From the NCBI RefSeq assembly GCF_006345805.1, contig NC_043012.1, forward strand, positions 51,026,001 to 51,090,000: a DNA stretch of 64,000 bases, in the 5' to 3' direction. Both the position numbers and the translations under genes were made by a program. This DNA is from Octopus sinensis. Its lineage: Eukaryota. The notes under the pieces were generated by a model. The model was not told the origin of the DNA, did not search any database, and worked only from the letters and a program-made list of their open reading frames with translations. Positions 27,432 through 41,830 of the stretch are shown here, piece after piece; the stretch's first letter is position 1; each line of letters begins with the position of its first letter.

Positions 27432-27840
27432 TTTATTAAAGCTGCAAATATTACAGCAAATATGATATGTCAAGTAATCTTCAGCTAATTTCATATAGGT
27501 TTTCCAATAACGTAAAGTTCTCAAATCAATTAGTAACATCTTAGAGAGTGTAAATATACCGATAAAGTTGTAGATGTGAGTATCAGAAACTTGAAGCAAG
27601 ATGCCAAGTAGACCAAGATTGGGTTTATATATGCTGCAAATATTGGGTTTATTAAAGCTGCAAATATTACTGCAAATATAATATGTCAAGTAATCTTCAG
27701 CTAATTTCATATATGCTTTCCAACAATGTAAAGTTTTCAAATTAATTAGTGACATCCCAGAGAAGGTAAATATACCGATAAAGTTGTGGATATAAATTTC
27801 AGAAGACATGACGAAAGATGCCAGTCAGACCACGATTAAG
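27432..27840. repeat. Diverged two-unit tandem repeat, period 216 bp
   Basis: tttattaaagctgcaaatatt at 27432 and 27648. Confidence 0.9.
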
Positions 27841-28329
27841 TTCGCATCTAACTGTTGCAAGAAAAAATTTCTTTAGTGGTAGGAATGATAGTAGGGTAGG
27901 TCAATGAAGCTGATTAGCTGGAGAAAAGAACAGAAAAAGAAAAAAATTTTGGGTGTGTAAAAGGAACAAAGACAGATTGACACTAAAACGAAAGGTCAGT
28001 CTATTTCTATGGTGACAGGAAATCTAGGTCAGTGTGGAAGGAACATTAAATTCTTAAGAGACTGCAAGGTTGACCACACCTTGCTTCCAAATGAAAGCCA
28101 TCAGAATTTATAGTGGGAGTTAGGAGAAAGAAAGATCTAAGGAAAACTATAAGAGGGTCTTAGGTTATTAGTAGAGAACGATACAGTAAGAAAATCACTA
28201 GAATAGAAGGCTATTTATTTTTATTTTTGTTTTTATTTTAACTTTTATTTTTATATGGTAAGAAAGAATCTAGATCACTATCTAGAGGTCAATTAGAATA
28301 AATAGCAAATGGTAGGGGAACTGTACCTA

Positions 28330-28590
28330 TGTGTGTGTGTGTGTATGTAAGTATATGTTTATCTATATGTATCTTCCTGTCTGTGTTTATCCCCCACCCC
28401 ACCGTCACTTGACAACCGATCCTGGTCGCTTATGTTCCTGTAATATAGCAGTTCGACAAAGAGACAATAGAATAAATACCACTCTTACAAAGAATAAGAC
28501 CGAGGTTCGATTTCTTCGGCTAAAACTTGTTAAGGCGGTGCTCCAGCATAGCCGCAGTCAAATGACTGAAACAAATAAAAGAATAAATGA
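28330..28590 (+). mobile_element. SINE family B tail
   Basis: cacttgacaaccgatcctgg...ctccagcatagccgcagtcaaatgactgaaac. Confidence 0.8.
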
Positions 28591-29967
28591 ACACCCACTC
28601 GAGCGTTTTCTTTACATTCTTTTATCAAGGAGAAAAGCTAATGTTGCTGTCTCAGTTATTGAAATTTAAAAATTGGGTGAAATTTTTCAAAGTAAATAAG
28701 ATCCGAGTCATTCTGAAAAATGGCACTTACATACCAAGTTTGAAAATTTTCACTTAATTTTAAATTTCCATTAGTGAAAGCCAAGCAGGCAAGATCTCAC
28801 TCTACCAACTTAAGTATTGATACATGAGAAAGCATGTTTGAGGCGGATACATATGTGTGTGTGTACACACACAAGCAAGCGCAGGCCAACACACACTTGC
28901 ACAGACACAGACGAACACACACACACGCCAAACGCACATGCAACCACATGCGTATTCTTTTTCATAACATCAACTATATCGCACTAAAAACACACACACA
29001 CACACACAACGGAGGAAAGGGTAAAACACACACACACAAAAACTAAAACACACACTAGAGTGCAGACCTTCACACACGGCAAGAGAATAACGAAGAACAT
29101 TTCACAAATACATGCAAATAAATTCAAACATTTCTAAAACATCCATCACACACGCGCACACACACAGTCATGCGCACACATGCACGCATATACACACACG
29201 CGCGCACACAGGAAGGCATACGCACACACTAAAACGTACACACGCACACACAAGCAAGGAGGTAAACATACGTATAAAAGTGACTACATCACACGCGCAT
29301 ACACACACATACACACACCAGGACGCATACCTATAGGAAGGCACACTTGCATTATAGATACATCCACCAACATTAAAACACACACATACGCGCACAGAAA
29401 CAGACGCATTTAAAACATACACACTCTTAGGAGCCAACTTAACTACACCCATAGCCCTTAAGAATATGATGAACACGCAGACATGAAACCAGGTTAACGA
29501 AGAATAGTGTGTCCAGGTCATTACAGAGGTCAGTGATGACCAACGCACACACCCACACACTTACACAGACCAGTCACAGGCACTTGAGACTACACACAAG
29601 CGCAGATACACACTCGCCCTCACACAAACACGCACAATCGTATTCTTCCTATATTCCCTCCCTTTAGTTCTCTTGTAAATAACCATTCTCTTACACCTCC
29701 ATACCAATACCTTTACATCCCTATATGTAAACAGACATAAAACTAATTGTCAGGAAGGCTCAGAACAGGGCTTGATGGGAGAGGTCATGTAACTTACAAG
29801 GTCACGAACAGCGATGGAAAGCATTTGACAAACAACTGAATCATTATTTTCCTCACAAATTGAACGGACGGCCTATTGGTTATTTAGTTAGGTTACTAAC
29901 CAAATGACTAAAAATAAACGAGTGAAATTGAAATAGTGCGTGTGATTATTAATATTGGCATAATGAA

Positions 29968-30628
29968 AAGTAGTCAACTGGCAGAATTGTTAGCACACCG
30001 GACGAAATGCTTAGCCGTATTTCGTCTGCCGCTACGTTCTGAGTTCAAATTCTGCCGAGTTCGACTTTGCCTTTCTTCTTTTCGGGGTCGATTAAATAAG
30101 TACCAGTTACGCACTCGGGTCGATATAATCGACTTAATCCGTCTGTCTGTCCTCGTTTGTCCTCTCTGTGTTTAGCCCCTTTTGGGTAGTAAAGAAATAG
30201 GTATTTCGAATGCCGTTACGTTCTGAGTTCAAATTCTGCCGAGGTCGACTTTGCCTTTTATTCTTTCGGGGTCGATAACTTAAGTACCGGTTGCGTACTA
30301 GGGTCGATCTTATCGACTGGCTCCCTCCCTAAAAATGACGGGCCTTGTACCTAGAGTAGAAAAGAAATTTAAGTACCAGTGAAATGCTGGGATCTATGTA
30401 AACGACTAGTCCCCTCCCATAAAATTGCTACCCTTGTTCCAAAATTTAAAACCATTATTGGCATAAGTGAGAACTGGCAGAATCTGTAGCACGACGGACA
30501 AAAGGTCGGTATACGCTCTGAGTTCAAATTCCGCCGATAGAGCACCAGTCAAGGGCTCTCACCAGATAAGTACCAGTGAAGCACTCTGACCAAAATTTAA
30601 GGCTTGTGCCTATGGTAGAAATGATTAT
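29968..30628 (+). mobile_element. SINE family A cluster (dimer 29968-30366 plus two degenerate pieces)
   Basis: Homology to 22244-22656. Confidence 0.85.
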
Positions 30629-30943
30629 TACCTTTTTAATGATATTCCCTGGATAGAACAAGATATTACTTAATTTCAGGGAAATGAATCACTACTCAAA
30701 TACTTGATCTTCCGCGGTTGAAAATATCCGGGAATTAAAATGTGTCTTTGTTTGGCCTTGTAGAATATATCACTTAAATTAACTGGAATAGAAAACCTTC
30801 ACTATCCAAGAGTGATGTAAAATATATGTAAGTTTGGGTTAAAGAAGTAAGAAAGAATGCAAAATGGCATGTAAGTCTAATTCAGACTTTTTAATATCTG
30901 CAATGTAGGATGCATAATTATTCTTTTACATGTAATGATACGA

Positions 30944-31378
30944 ATCTTTTCGGTTTGAACGGCAGTTTTTAACAAAATTTCTAGGTAACTAAAACCTTTT
31001 AAACTTCATATACTGGTAGAATGTGTTTATAAAACATCTTTTTCTCTTGGCTTTATTGAGAAAATTCTATGGTTTGTAAGATATTTGTTGTTGTTTTTCT
31101 TCAATTTCTGCAATTTCAACCAATCACTGACGTCTTTTGAGGTAAGAAAAAAAGACATTCTGTGTCGTATGAATATGTCCCTCGTTTAAGAAACAGATTC
31201 GCTTTATTTATATTTCTGAAGGAAAAAAGATACCCTTCCCCACGCCTAACCCTAACCCTAACTAACCCTAAGCCTAAAACAGATTGAAATGCAATAAATC
31301 GATACTAGGGTCATAATTATGGGTGACAATTTCATATGACACCGCTAGAAAAAACTGCCGTCCAAACCGAAAAGATCC
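30944..31378 (-). mobile_element. TTAGGG-containing TIR element, copy 2
   Basis: Same TIRs; (CCCTAA)-like array at 31245-31277. Confidence 0.9.
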
Positions 31379-31404
31379 AATTATTCTATTATTTTTTTCA
31401 TGTA

Positions 31405-31595
31405 AGGCTGCAAGGTGGTAGAATCGTTAGCACATCGGGTGAAATGCTTAAAGGCATGTCGTCTGTGGCTACGCTCTGAGTTCAAATTCTGCTGAAATCG
31501 ATGAAAAGTGTAAAAGTCGAGCACTGGAGCCGATGACATTGTCCCCCCCCCCCCAAAAAAAAATGTCAAGCCTTGTGCCCACAGTAGAAAGGATT
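31405..31595 (+). mobile_element. SINE family A, internally deleted
   Basis: gaatcgttagcac...ctgagttcaaattctgc. Confidence 0.75.
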
Positions 31596-32531
31596 ATTAT
31601 GTCATATCTCTTAAATGGGAGACGAAACCCGGAAAACAAGGCTTGATATTTCGAAACAAGAGGACTGCTGAAAAATGCATTGAATAAAAATGATGCTTGC
31701 TTGGAGGTGAGGAATTTGGGAAAGTCTGGTTTCCTTGTTTCTTCTTTCTCATTTATATAATCTTTTTTACTAACATATGTTCTTTCACAAGTCTTAGCTA
31801 AGCAGCTGAATGGTTCTAATAAGACGTGAACACTTGACCAATAAAATGAAAAAGAGTTAAAATTTCGTCTTAAACACTGCTCATAAACAACACATATAAA
31901 TACCCCCAACAAAAAAGAAAAGAAAACCTATTGCAGCATCTTAAACAAGTAGTCTTTGATATCAATATTTACAATTAAAGTTATAATTATAGATGAAGTT
32001 AACAAAATTAGTTTATTTTTTCTCTAACGTAGAAATATTTACGTTTAAACGATGCCAATAAAAGATTCTTTAAATTCAAATTATAATTAAGTTTTTGATT
32101 CAATATTTTTTCTTCTTCTCTATCCTTAATAATGACTTAATAATAATGCACCTGCGTTGAAATTTGCTGCATTGAAAAGAAGAAAAATGATACACGAAAA
32201 TAAAGCGATGCTGTGCATGTTAGCCAATATTTATAAGAGATGAGAAACATTATAGTAAGAAAAAATACATACACTGTAGTACAGGAGTAGCATGCTGAAT
32301 ATTTCTGAGTGTCACAGGTGTACAGCAAGCTTTAATAGATACATACAACAGAATAATTGTTTCCATTTCTTGATTTAGAAATACGAAGCAGAAAAATATT
32401 TCGAAGAATATTTAAAAATATAGAAAAATAAATCAGTGATATTGCCATGCAATTTATTTTATTGAGAAGTAAATTAATAGTTTGAATATGAAGAGACATG
32501 TCTCATTCGTTCTCACAATTCATTTCACTTT

Positions 32532-32578
<47 letters not shown>

Positions 32579-33522
32579 CATACGTTCATAGATAGACGTA
32601 TGTCGACCTTTATAATATTAAGTATGTGTGTATTTTGTGAAGCAATGAAATATACACGCTCAAATGCATATACATTCATACTTACATACAGACACATCGA
32701 AACAAACATATATCAGTATATAAATATATGCATGATAGTTTGTGTGTGTATGTGTATATTTATTCATATGGTACACCTTGCACAAGAGTTCAAGAAGGGG
32801 GCGATTCTTTTCTCTTTTCTCTAAATTTGTAAGTTGTTATTGGAAATTCCACAAAATTTTTGAAGAATGTGTTTCTCTAAATATATCAAGGAGTGATGTG
32901 TATAAAATATTAATTTAATAATTGTCAGCTGTACATAAGGTTTAATGTGTATACACACACAGAGACACACACATACACCTACACATACACACACGCACAT
33001 ATATTATATGTATCTATGTATATGTGAACACATATTTGTATGCATGTATGTATGTGTGTATATATACAGAAAGAGAGATAGAGAGGGAGTCAGTTGCAGT
33101 ACAGTCTTATTGTGTGGCGCCTTGACAAAGTGTCGTTGATTAAATAGCCGAACCGACCAGAGCCTTGTGTATGGATTTGGTGTAGAGAAGCTGAACGAAA
33201 CTCAACTATTGCTTAATTCGAAGAGCCCATAAAATGCTGTCGGGTTTGAAAAACCATGCTTTCTTCCCTTGGTTTTCTGTATTTTTGTGCTCCATGTGTA
33301 TCTGTTCTCTAAATATCTATATATAAATATCTATACATGAACTTTCATGTTCAGTATGATTTCAGTTTTTGTTTCTCTATATATATATCTATAAATATTT
33401 TACTTGTGTTTATATATCCATGTATATTTTATATTTCAAGCTCAGGTGTGTTTACCTGTTTGTCTGTATAGAAATATAATATCCAGACAGGTACCGAATA
33501 TTATCAATAATGTACGATATCT

Positions 33523-33935
33523 AAGGCGTCGAGCTGGCAGAATCGTTAGCACGCCGGGCGAAATGCTTAGCGGTAATTCGTCTGCCACTATGTTCTGAGT
33601 TCAAATTCCGTCGAGGTTGACTTTGCCTTTCATCCTTTCGGGGTCGATAAATTAAGTACCAGTTACACACTGGGGTCGATATAGTCGACTTAATCCGTTT
33701 GTCTGTCCTCTCTTTGTTTAGCTCCTTGTGGGTAGTCAAGAAATAGGTATTTTGTCTGCCGCTACGTTCTGAGTTCAAATTCCGCCGAGGTCGACTTTGC
33801 CTTTCATCCTTTCGGGGTCGATTAAATAAGTACCAGTTACGCACTGGGGTCGATATATCGACTTAATCCGTTTGTCTGTCCTTATTTGTCCTCTCTGTGT
33901 TTAACCCTTTTTGGGTAGTAAAGAAATAGGCATTT
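33523..33935 (+). mobile_element. SINE family A, dimeric, little diverged
   Basis: Two head-to-tail units; junction near 33745. Confidence 0.9.
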
Positions 33936-36635
33936 CACATGTATATATATATATAGGGATGTATGTATATTCCACGATGTTTTTTATTTAAACATGGCAA
34001 TAGACAAATGTTTGAGCTATTAAAAGTAAGAGACGCGTGTTTTGGAACAAACATTTGATTTTGCATGAACATAATGTCTGTTGTTTTTGTTGTTTGTTAT
34101 TATAGTTGCAAACCTCTAAATACAACATGAAATGATGATGATGCTAGCTATAATATATAGCTACTTTACAATGAAAATGCTCATGCTAGATGTTACTGTT
34201 AAAGTTCAAAGGCAACGTACAAATCGGAAGAGAATACACTGTGGACATAAAAATCTTCTCGCTCCAACAAGTATCATTGGTTGTAAAAATCGAACAGTTA
34301 CTTAGAAAGACGACTCGCAAAAAGAACCGCATAGCAGGAGTGCTGTAAAATATTAGGCCATAAATTTACCACCGAGGTGAAAAGGCATATATCGAAAACG
34401 TCACTCTGATGTTAAAAGTTTACATTGGACACATTACACATTAATATAGCTTTCCTGAATAATGTCACGTTGCACTCACGCAACTACTTTTCTAAGATAT
34501 ATGACTTAGATAATACACTTACTTGAAAACATATTTCGACCTTCATTTGGCATTTTAACCTCATTTTAACTTGAATCATCTCAATGTGAAATATTTTAAT
34601 AATAAATAAATTAAAAAAAAACACTAATTACATTATAATTCCTCTTGTTTTTAATTCTGAGAAGAATAAATGTGAGTCAGAGTAAAACAATGATTGTAAA
34701 ATGTCAAAATATAAATACATGTTAAAAATATATTAATTTCTGCTCCAAGCATGACTTCATCTAGATATAAAGGCTGAATGTTCTTTTCCTTGTGTCAGAA
34801 GTGCTATAAAGTCTGAACGTGTGATTAGCCAAAGCAATAATACGTTTGTGCATTATTGACTGGTTGACTTTATAAAATTTCTCGCATCTTGATAGAAGCA
34901 TTGCAGTTTAGGAAAATTTTATATTATTAGGAAATTTTGAAAGAAATTCTACAAATGTTTGATGAGATTGAACTTTAGGTCAAAAGATTTAGATAATCTG
35001 ATCACATGCCAACATTATTAACCTCTTCAATTCAAAGACGACACTTTGTATTCACCAAATTTATTCGCGTTAAATGTCGTTAGGTCTTCCATTATCATAA
35101 TGGCTCCATACAATGCATATTTAGAATCCGTGGAAGAATATGAATTGTTTATTCTCAGACTTTTGAATAATTTTGACAACAGAATACTTAATGCAGGTTG
35201 TTGCATCATATGAGGCTTGATAGTACTAATTAAGAACTTGTCACAAATGAGTACATCACATATTGGACAGACTTTTAGGTAAACACTAATTTGAATTCAA
35301 TCATGTTTAATGGCGCAATATCAGTTCTTTTTATTATGTTTACATCGTATGATGTTGCCCAAAACAATTATTACAGACAGCTGACTTAACGTATTCAATT
35401 CGAAAGTGCAGAGGAAAGGGAAAGCTGTTTTGATAATAAATTTGAGACGTATTTTGCTTCTGTAAATTGGTATGAATATAGTTTAGATGTTGCAAGGGCT
35501 TTTATATAGTGACGGAGACACCTGTTCAGTAGGAGTAGATCTACTCAGTTGTCGAAACTTGGACATCTTTAAGTCATTCTGCATTGAATTTGCATTTTAT
35601 CTTGTAGGAAACATCAAGTCAATATGGAGAAGCCTTTTAAAATTTGAGCTCCATAAACTTAAAATATATTAGTATATTTTATTATTCTTTGTTGTTTACA
35701 ATACTGCAGAAATATACCTGCCAGTGAGTTACATAGACAAATTGTTGCTTTTCCTAAATGACTGAACTCATCTGCGTGTTTCTAATCGCGGGAATTAAAA
35801 AAAGTTCAACATGTGTTCTGTTTGTCATTGGTAACTTCTGTGTATTACACTGGATCTAATTGCACTTCCTAATGAAGATTTCATTAACAGAAATTAGCTA
35901 AGTGATCTCCCAATTGAAATTGAATGTTTCAGAGCTTTTCTAACAAGCACGCTATAATAAACACACATTCATTATTCATAGGTTAATTGCTACATATACA
36001 TCAGTTTGTAAGAAGTAAATGAGAAAAATAGAATCTGTACATCCATCTGAATAATTTGTAAATGTTTTATAGGTTAATAACAGGTAAAAATTTATTTCTG
36101 TTACTTTAAGTGTTTGTGGAAACACCTTATTAACTGCACCTTTCCGAAATAAACATATTTCTTTCATACATTTCGGAGGGAGGCTGGTGTATTGCGAATA
36201 ATTTCTGATTTCGTTACGTGCTTATTATATTTTATTATGAGAAAAGTTTACAGACATTTTATAAGATAATTAAAATAATTGTCATGAGGGGAAAAAATAT
36301 CTAAGCTGCAGATTTAACAATATGTAGATAAAAAGAAGGAAAGATATCTAACTATTAAACTAGTTATCTGGAATAGATTTTCTTTTGTAAAGAATTTTTA
36401 TTGTACGAGTTATTAAAATAAATACTGCATTCAAATTCTCCTTGTGAAATAATAAAATTATAAAATTACAATACATCACCTCAAGCCACTATAAATCATG
36501 TTTCGGCTGAAGCACAAATGCAAGGATTAACAAACTTTCTGAATATTATGTGCACGCACGTACGCGCATACACGCACACAAGCACACATACAAAAACACA
36601 AACACACACTATCATCTGAATATCAACTTAAGTTC

Positions 36636-36699
<64 letters not shown>

Positions 36700-37005
36700 A
36701 TAATATGTGTGTACAGAGAGGGAGATAGATACGATTAGAAAGAAAAAAAAGAATATAATCTAAAATAAAATATATACATTTGTTCTCTTCCTGAGAATAT
36801 ACAGCTGAACCAAAGTAGCACTGAAAATTCATAAGTCATCTAGACACACTGTAGCAAGTCAAGCAGCTATAGAAATTTTAACATGAAATTACATTGTCAT
36901 GTGTCATTTGTTAAGAGTACAGAAATCGGTTAATTTTTTTTCTTGTAATGTTGGGATTATTAATAAATCTTAATGCATTTAAATTTTAATATCCGTCGTA
37001 CGACT

Positions 37006-37605
37006 TTCTGGTTTAAATGAAAATGGCTTGTATTGTATACCTTAGATTTCTGAAATACTTCTGAACTTCTTGAAGTACAAATTGTTGGTAAATTCTTGGT
37101 ATAAAGTCTTGGTGTAAATGATGGGCTACAGCAAATATTCTGCTCAATACCACAGATTTGCTTGTCAGTTGTTTGACCTTAACCAGTTGAGCATGTCCCT
37201 TAGTGGCTGACGATATGTGCATCTCTGATCACGAGCAGAAGTTGTGGGGGAGCATCATAGCCATGTGTTGAGAGGGATTCTTTGGGGTTTGAATAATTCA
37301 CCTCTGGAAACATGGGTGGTTCTTTCAACATCCTTAAACAACCCTAATTCAGGGACCTTTTGAGCGGGATGGGTTACTCGACCAGAAGAAAATTCTAACT
37401 GGGCCCCACCTGCAAGGTCATAGAGTGCTTATCTTGATATGAGATCACCATGTCGCGCACATGTGGTTGTGATGCATGTGCCTGGTGTACCCTTATCAGA
37501 CGGGTAGTCATGATGGGTATATTGGGCTTCGTATATTTTACCCCAGTGTCACTTTGATGGCATGAACTGCTCTCTCACTCAATAATAATAATAATAATAA
37601 TGATA
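37006..37605 (+). mobile_element. Non-LTR retroelement 3' region ending in (AAT)n
   Basis: GC-richer non-coding block ending ...ctctctcactc-aataataataat; clade not determinable here. Confidence 0.55.
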
Positions 37606-38186
37606 ATGGAAATGATAAGAGTATAGCTTTGTATACAAATAAGATACAAATGTAAGGAGCGTTTGCTCCCTAAATTTTTAGCTTAGACACACACAGTAGC
37701 CCCATATATAATATTGATATGTTTCTAATTTGAAATGAATTAGGCAGCTAGCGGCTTCGTTTCGTTTAATTGCTAAAAATGAGGATGCTTCCGGTTTTTT
37801 TTTCATTTTAGTTTTGCTTTTGCTGACTGTGTGTATGTGTTTGCATATCGTTCCCAAATCATTCCAAAAATAACGTTGACATCGACAGATTCTAGATATA
37901 TTTGTACAACACACGTGATCACAAGTAAACTCATGTCCAACTTTACGCGCACTGGGATTTCGTGCTTAGGCATTTTGTACTTTGTGGTTTCATACATGAT
38001 TGTACGCTAAGGGACAATTTTATTGCCGATAACCCTGCCGGTAAAGTTCGCATTTCTTTCATCCGTTACTTCAACTCTAGCCTTTAAGGAAATACGTTTC
38101 ATACCAACTCTCAGTCTCACTCTTCTCTTTCAGTCCATCTCCTTTATCCTTCCTCCTCATCGATTTCAGATACTAAAAATACACGA

Positions 38187-38635
38187 ATCTTTTCGGTCCG
38201 AACGGCAGTTTTTAACATAATTCCTAGGTAACTAAAAAACTTTAAACTTCGTATACTGGTAGAATGTGTTTATAAAACATCTGTTTCTCTTGGCTTTATT
38301 GAGAAAATTCTATAGTTTGTAAGATATTTTTTTTCTTCAATTTCTGCAATTTCAACCAATCAATTGCGTCTATTGAGGTAAAAAACATTCTGTGGCGTAT
38401 GAATAGGTCCCTCGTTTAAGAAACAGATTGGGTTCATTTACATTTCTGAAGAAAAAAGATGCCCTTCTGCCCACCCCTAACCCTGACGAACACTAACCCT
38501 AAAACAGATAGAAATGCAATAGATCGATAATAGGGTCATAATTATGGGTGACAATTTCATATTGCTAAGATATAGAGCAAACGCTCCTTACATTTGTATC
38601 TAGAAAAAAAACTGCCGTTCAAACCGAAAAGATCC
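38187..38635 (-). mobile_element. TTAGGG-containing TIR element, copy 3
   Basis: Same TIRs; ccctaaccctga...ctaaccctaa remnant; carries a foreign about 40-nt patch at 38562-38601. Confidence 0.9.
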
Positions 38636-41599
38636 AATTACACTTCTCCCTAAGCGTTCACAGGCCAGTGTATCACACATCGGTCACCTACCTCGCCTTC
38701 TTATCTTATTCGACTCTCACTCTTCCCACAAAACAGGAATGCGCACCTATGTGGAACATTTGACTGGCGACTGTTGATGTTGCAAACTACAGTTCTTTTC
38801 GGAGTAAGAGAAGGAGAAAAATAAGAGAGTTTACAAAGAAATGAAAAGGAGATTTTTATGACTACTTCCCTATATGCTTTTTTTTTCCTATCAGAAGGCG
38901 CTACTTGTTTCCTCACGATTATTGTGTTTTTATTGGCGTTTAAATTTGTTTATACTTGTCAAATTGTGGTGTGTGACTATTTTCCAGTCATATAATTTTA
39001 TATTTTTTTTACACTTGGTAGAATTTGAAAACATTTTACTTTTATCATCTTCCAATAACATGGGAACATATATAGGCCTACTATGCCTTTCATCCTGTCG
39101 GGAGTCGATAAACATAAGTACTATTTCAGTACTGGGGGCCATGTGATCGACTTGCTCTTGGCCCGAAATCGCTGTCCGTGTACCAAAATTTTCAACCAGT
39201 ATTATCTTCCAGTTTTGGCTATCGTAAACACTTGTAAATTTTAGAAGGTTCAAATGTGTGTCGCAGTGGAATATTATCACATAACGGTTTCCACAAAACA
39301 TGCCCACAATACAAAATTTAATTCTAAAATGTCCTCTCTATATCTTAGCAAAAGATATCACTGAGATGTAGAGTAGTCTATTTATCTATCATTTTTCAAC
39401 TGTGAATTCATTCGATATCACATTATATATCATTATATATCATAATCCTCTCCAACTGTACCATAGATTACTTCATCTAATATTCTTTATTTTTATTGAA
39501 TATTTCACTGACCCACTTTTTTTCAAAAATATATTAATTTGCAAACTTCAATATTTCTATTCACCCAGATGAGCATCTAATATAAATGCTATACACAAAA
39601 CCTCTGATAACCTAGAAAAATGTGAAGAGGTTCATTATTTCACAAAATGAATTATAAAATGTAATTGAACGTCACTAATATCGTATCCTCACATCTACAG
39701 ATTTAGGGCCTTGTGACTTAGTAACAAATCATTTTATCATATCTAAGATATATTGCCAGATTTCCAGTTTCGTTATTTATGTCTCCTTACTTGACTAGAT
39801 AAATAAATATACCAAGATGAGTCTTTGAAATATATCTATTTTTTCATATCAAATATAATTTATTTTATAATATATGATTCATGATAATATTTTGCATGCA
39901 TCGGATTGTGTCCCTGGGCGAGACAATTGACAGTATTTGCTTATCTCTTCGTGTTTATTGCCGAAAAGTTGAATATATTTAAACATTTCTAAATATATTT
40001 CTCTTTGATTTCCAGTCTTATAATCCAGACTATAAACGACGCAGACAGGTCCTATACTATAATTGACCGAACTTAGCCCAACTGCCTTCTTTATTTCTTA
40101 TTATATGTCAGCTTTCATGACGTTTTCAATCAGTTTGAAATTATTTTCTATTTCATTTGGTTTGTTTTTCTGTTTTTGTCTCTCTCCTGAACTACTAATA
40201 ACAAGACCAATACTAAAATCAATAGCCGAGACTGAATCAGAAATAAGAATTAAAAATATATAACGAGAATATATAAAAAAAAATGGTTATCTGAAGATGA
40301 AATCGTGCTGTCACGAGAGAAATTCCATTTCACATAAAAATGTTATAATTGTAATATTGCTCTGCAGTTATATTTTATTTTTGTTTTCATCAGGTTTGGG
40401 AATAGAACTCGAAATCTGTTTGTTCGTGCTTGTGTTCATAACTTTTCCTCTGTATAATTAGACTTGAATCCAAATGTTTTCTATGCGTGCACCTATATTT
40501 CATTTTAGGATACCTTGTTTTCTTAATTATATTTGTTTGTTTATTTTTTTAGTTTGTGCTGTTTTGAATTATATGTTTCTATCGTCTGATGTAGCTCAAT
40601 CTTATTCTATAATTATTGTTTTCGAAAATGTTACAATGTCACGATATCAGTGAAGAGCTAACTTCGAAATGCTTTTCACATACAGCAATCCGTGATTTAC
40701 CTATTTTAGTATATAACTCATAAACACTTATTACAGACTGATATAATTGTAATGAGAGCTGATGTTTGAGAAATATTCCTGATGTAGACAGCACATGACA
40801 TATTTACAAGAATTTAATAAATAAATTGAGTTTACAATCTGAGAAAAATATTTTAACTTTGGAAACAATAAGAGCAGCAAATATTAAGGTATTTGCATCA
40901 ATACAGTAAAGCTTTCGAGTAAAGTGCTCTGGTGTATGTACGTGTACCTGCTTGTGTTTGTATTTCATTTTGTAAATGTATAAATGTGTGTCTCTATTCT
41001 TTTTCGCATATTCATGAATACGCGTATATGTGTGTATCTTAGTGTTTGTGTGTATTCGTGTATGAGAGTATCGATAATATTTTCTTTGCAAATTTAGGCT
41101 ATGAGAGATTATTAAATATTTCTAAACTTTCAATTGACATTTGCAATTTTATCGTCAAGTGTGTTATTACAATAACATTTCATTAATATATTATATGTTG
41201 ATAAAAGTGTACAATCCGTAAATTTATATTAGAAATTAATTTAAATGATATTTTCTAATAGAAATGTCTGGATCAATATCGGAATTATTTATATGGTTAC
41301 ACACATTGAATTTACATTTAAACTCACAAAACGACATTGAATTTTACACGTTGACTAAGGAATGTCTATACTATTCTAAGCGGCACGTTACTTCAATGTA
41401 CCAAGGACAGAGTGTTTGGATTAAATTTTAAAGAATATTTCTTCTTTCCTTGTGTCTGGACTGCTGGGCAGTGTCCGTTTTATTGGATCAGATCTGAGTA
41501 AGGCTTTATGGAAGACCAGAAGTTCTCTTTACAGTAAATCTCCTTCCCATAAGTTGTCCAAATGAAAGCAAGAGTCAATTCTCTTCTACACCAATGTTG

Positions 41600-41830
41600 T
41601 TGCAGGATTTTAAAAATTAAGTCGAAAAAGTATCGAACTAAATTATTGGCCTGGCTCCTGAACAGTAGTCGATAACTACAATCCCGGACACTATTGAGAC
41701 GGATACATCTTTAAGGCGCCAGAGAAATTGAAAGAAAACGTTATTGGCTGGATTCAAGTGCGAAGTGTAAAGAGATGAAACAAATATTGCATAGCATTTT
41801 CATTACAGTCTAACAATTTTCAACTCCGAC
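41600..41830 (-). mobile_element. SINE family A, highly degenerate
   Basis: Weak reverse-complement similarity to the family A head and core. Confidence 0.4.

Noticed and set aside
35027-35296. 89-codon stop-free minus-strand frame
   Set aside because: No motif, codon bias or splice support; a few such frames are expected in 64 kb x 6 frames.
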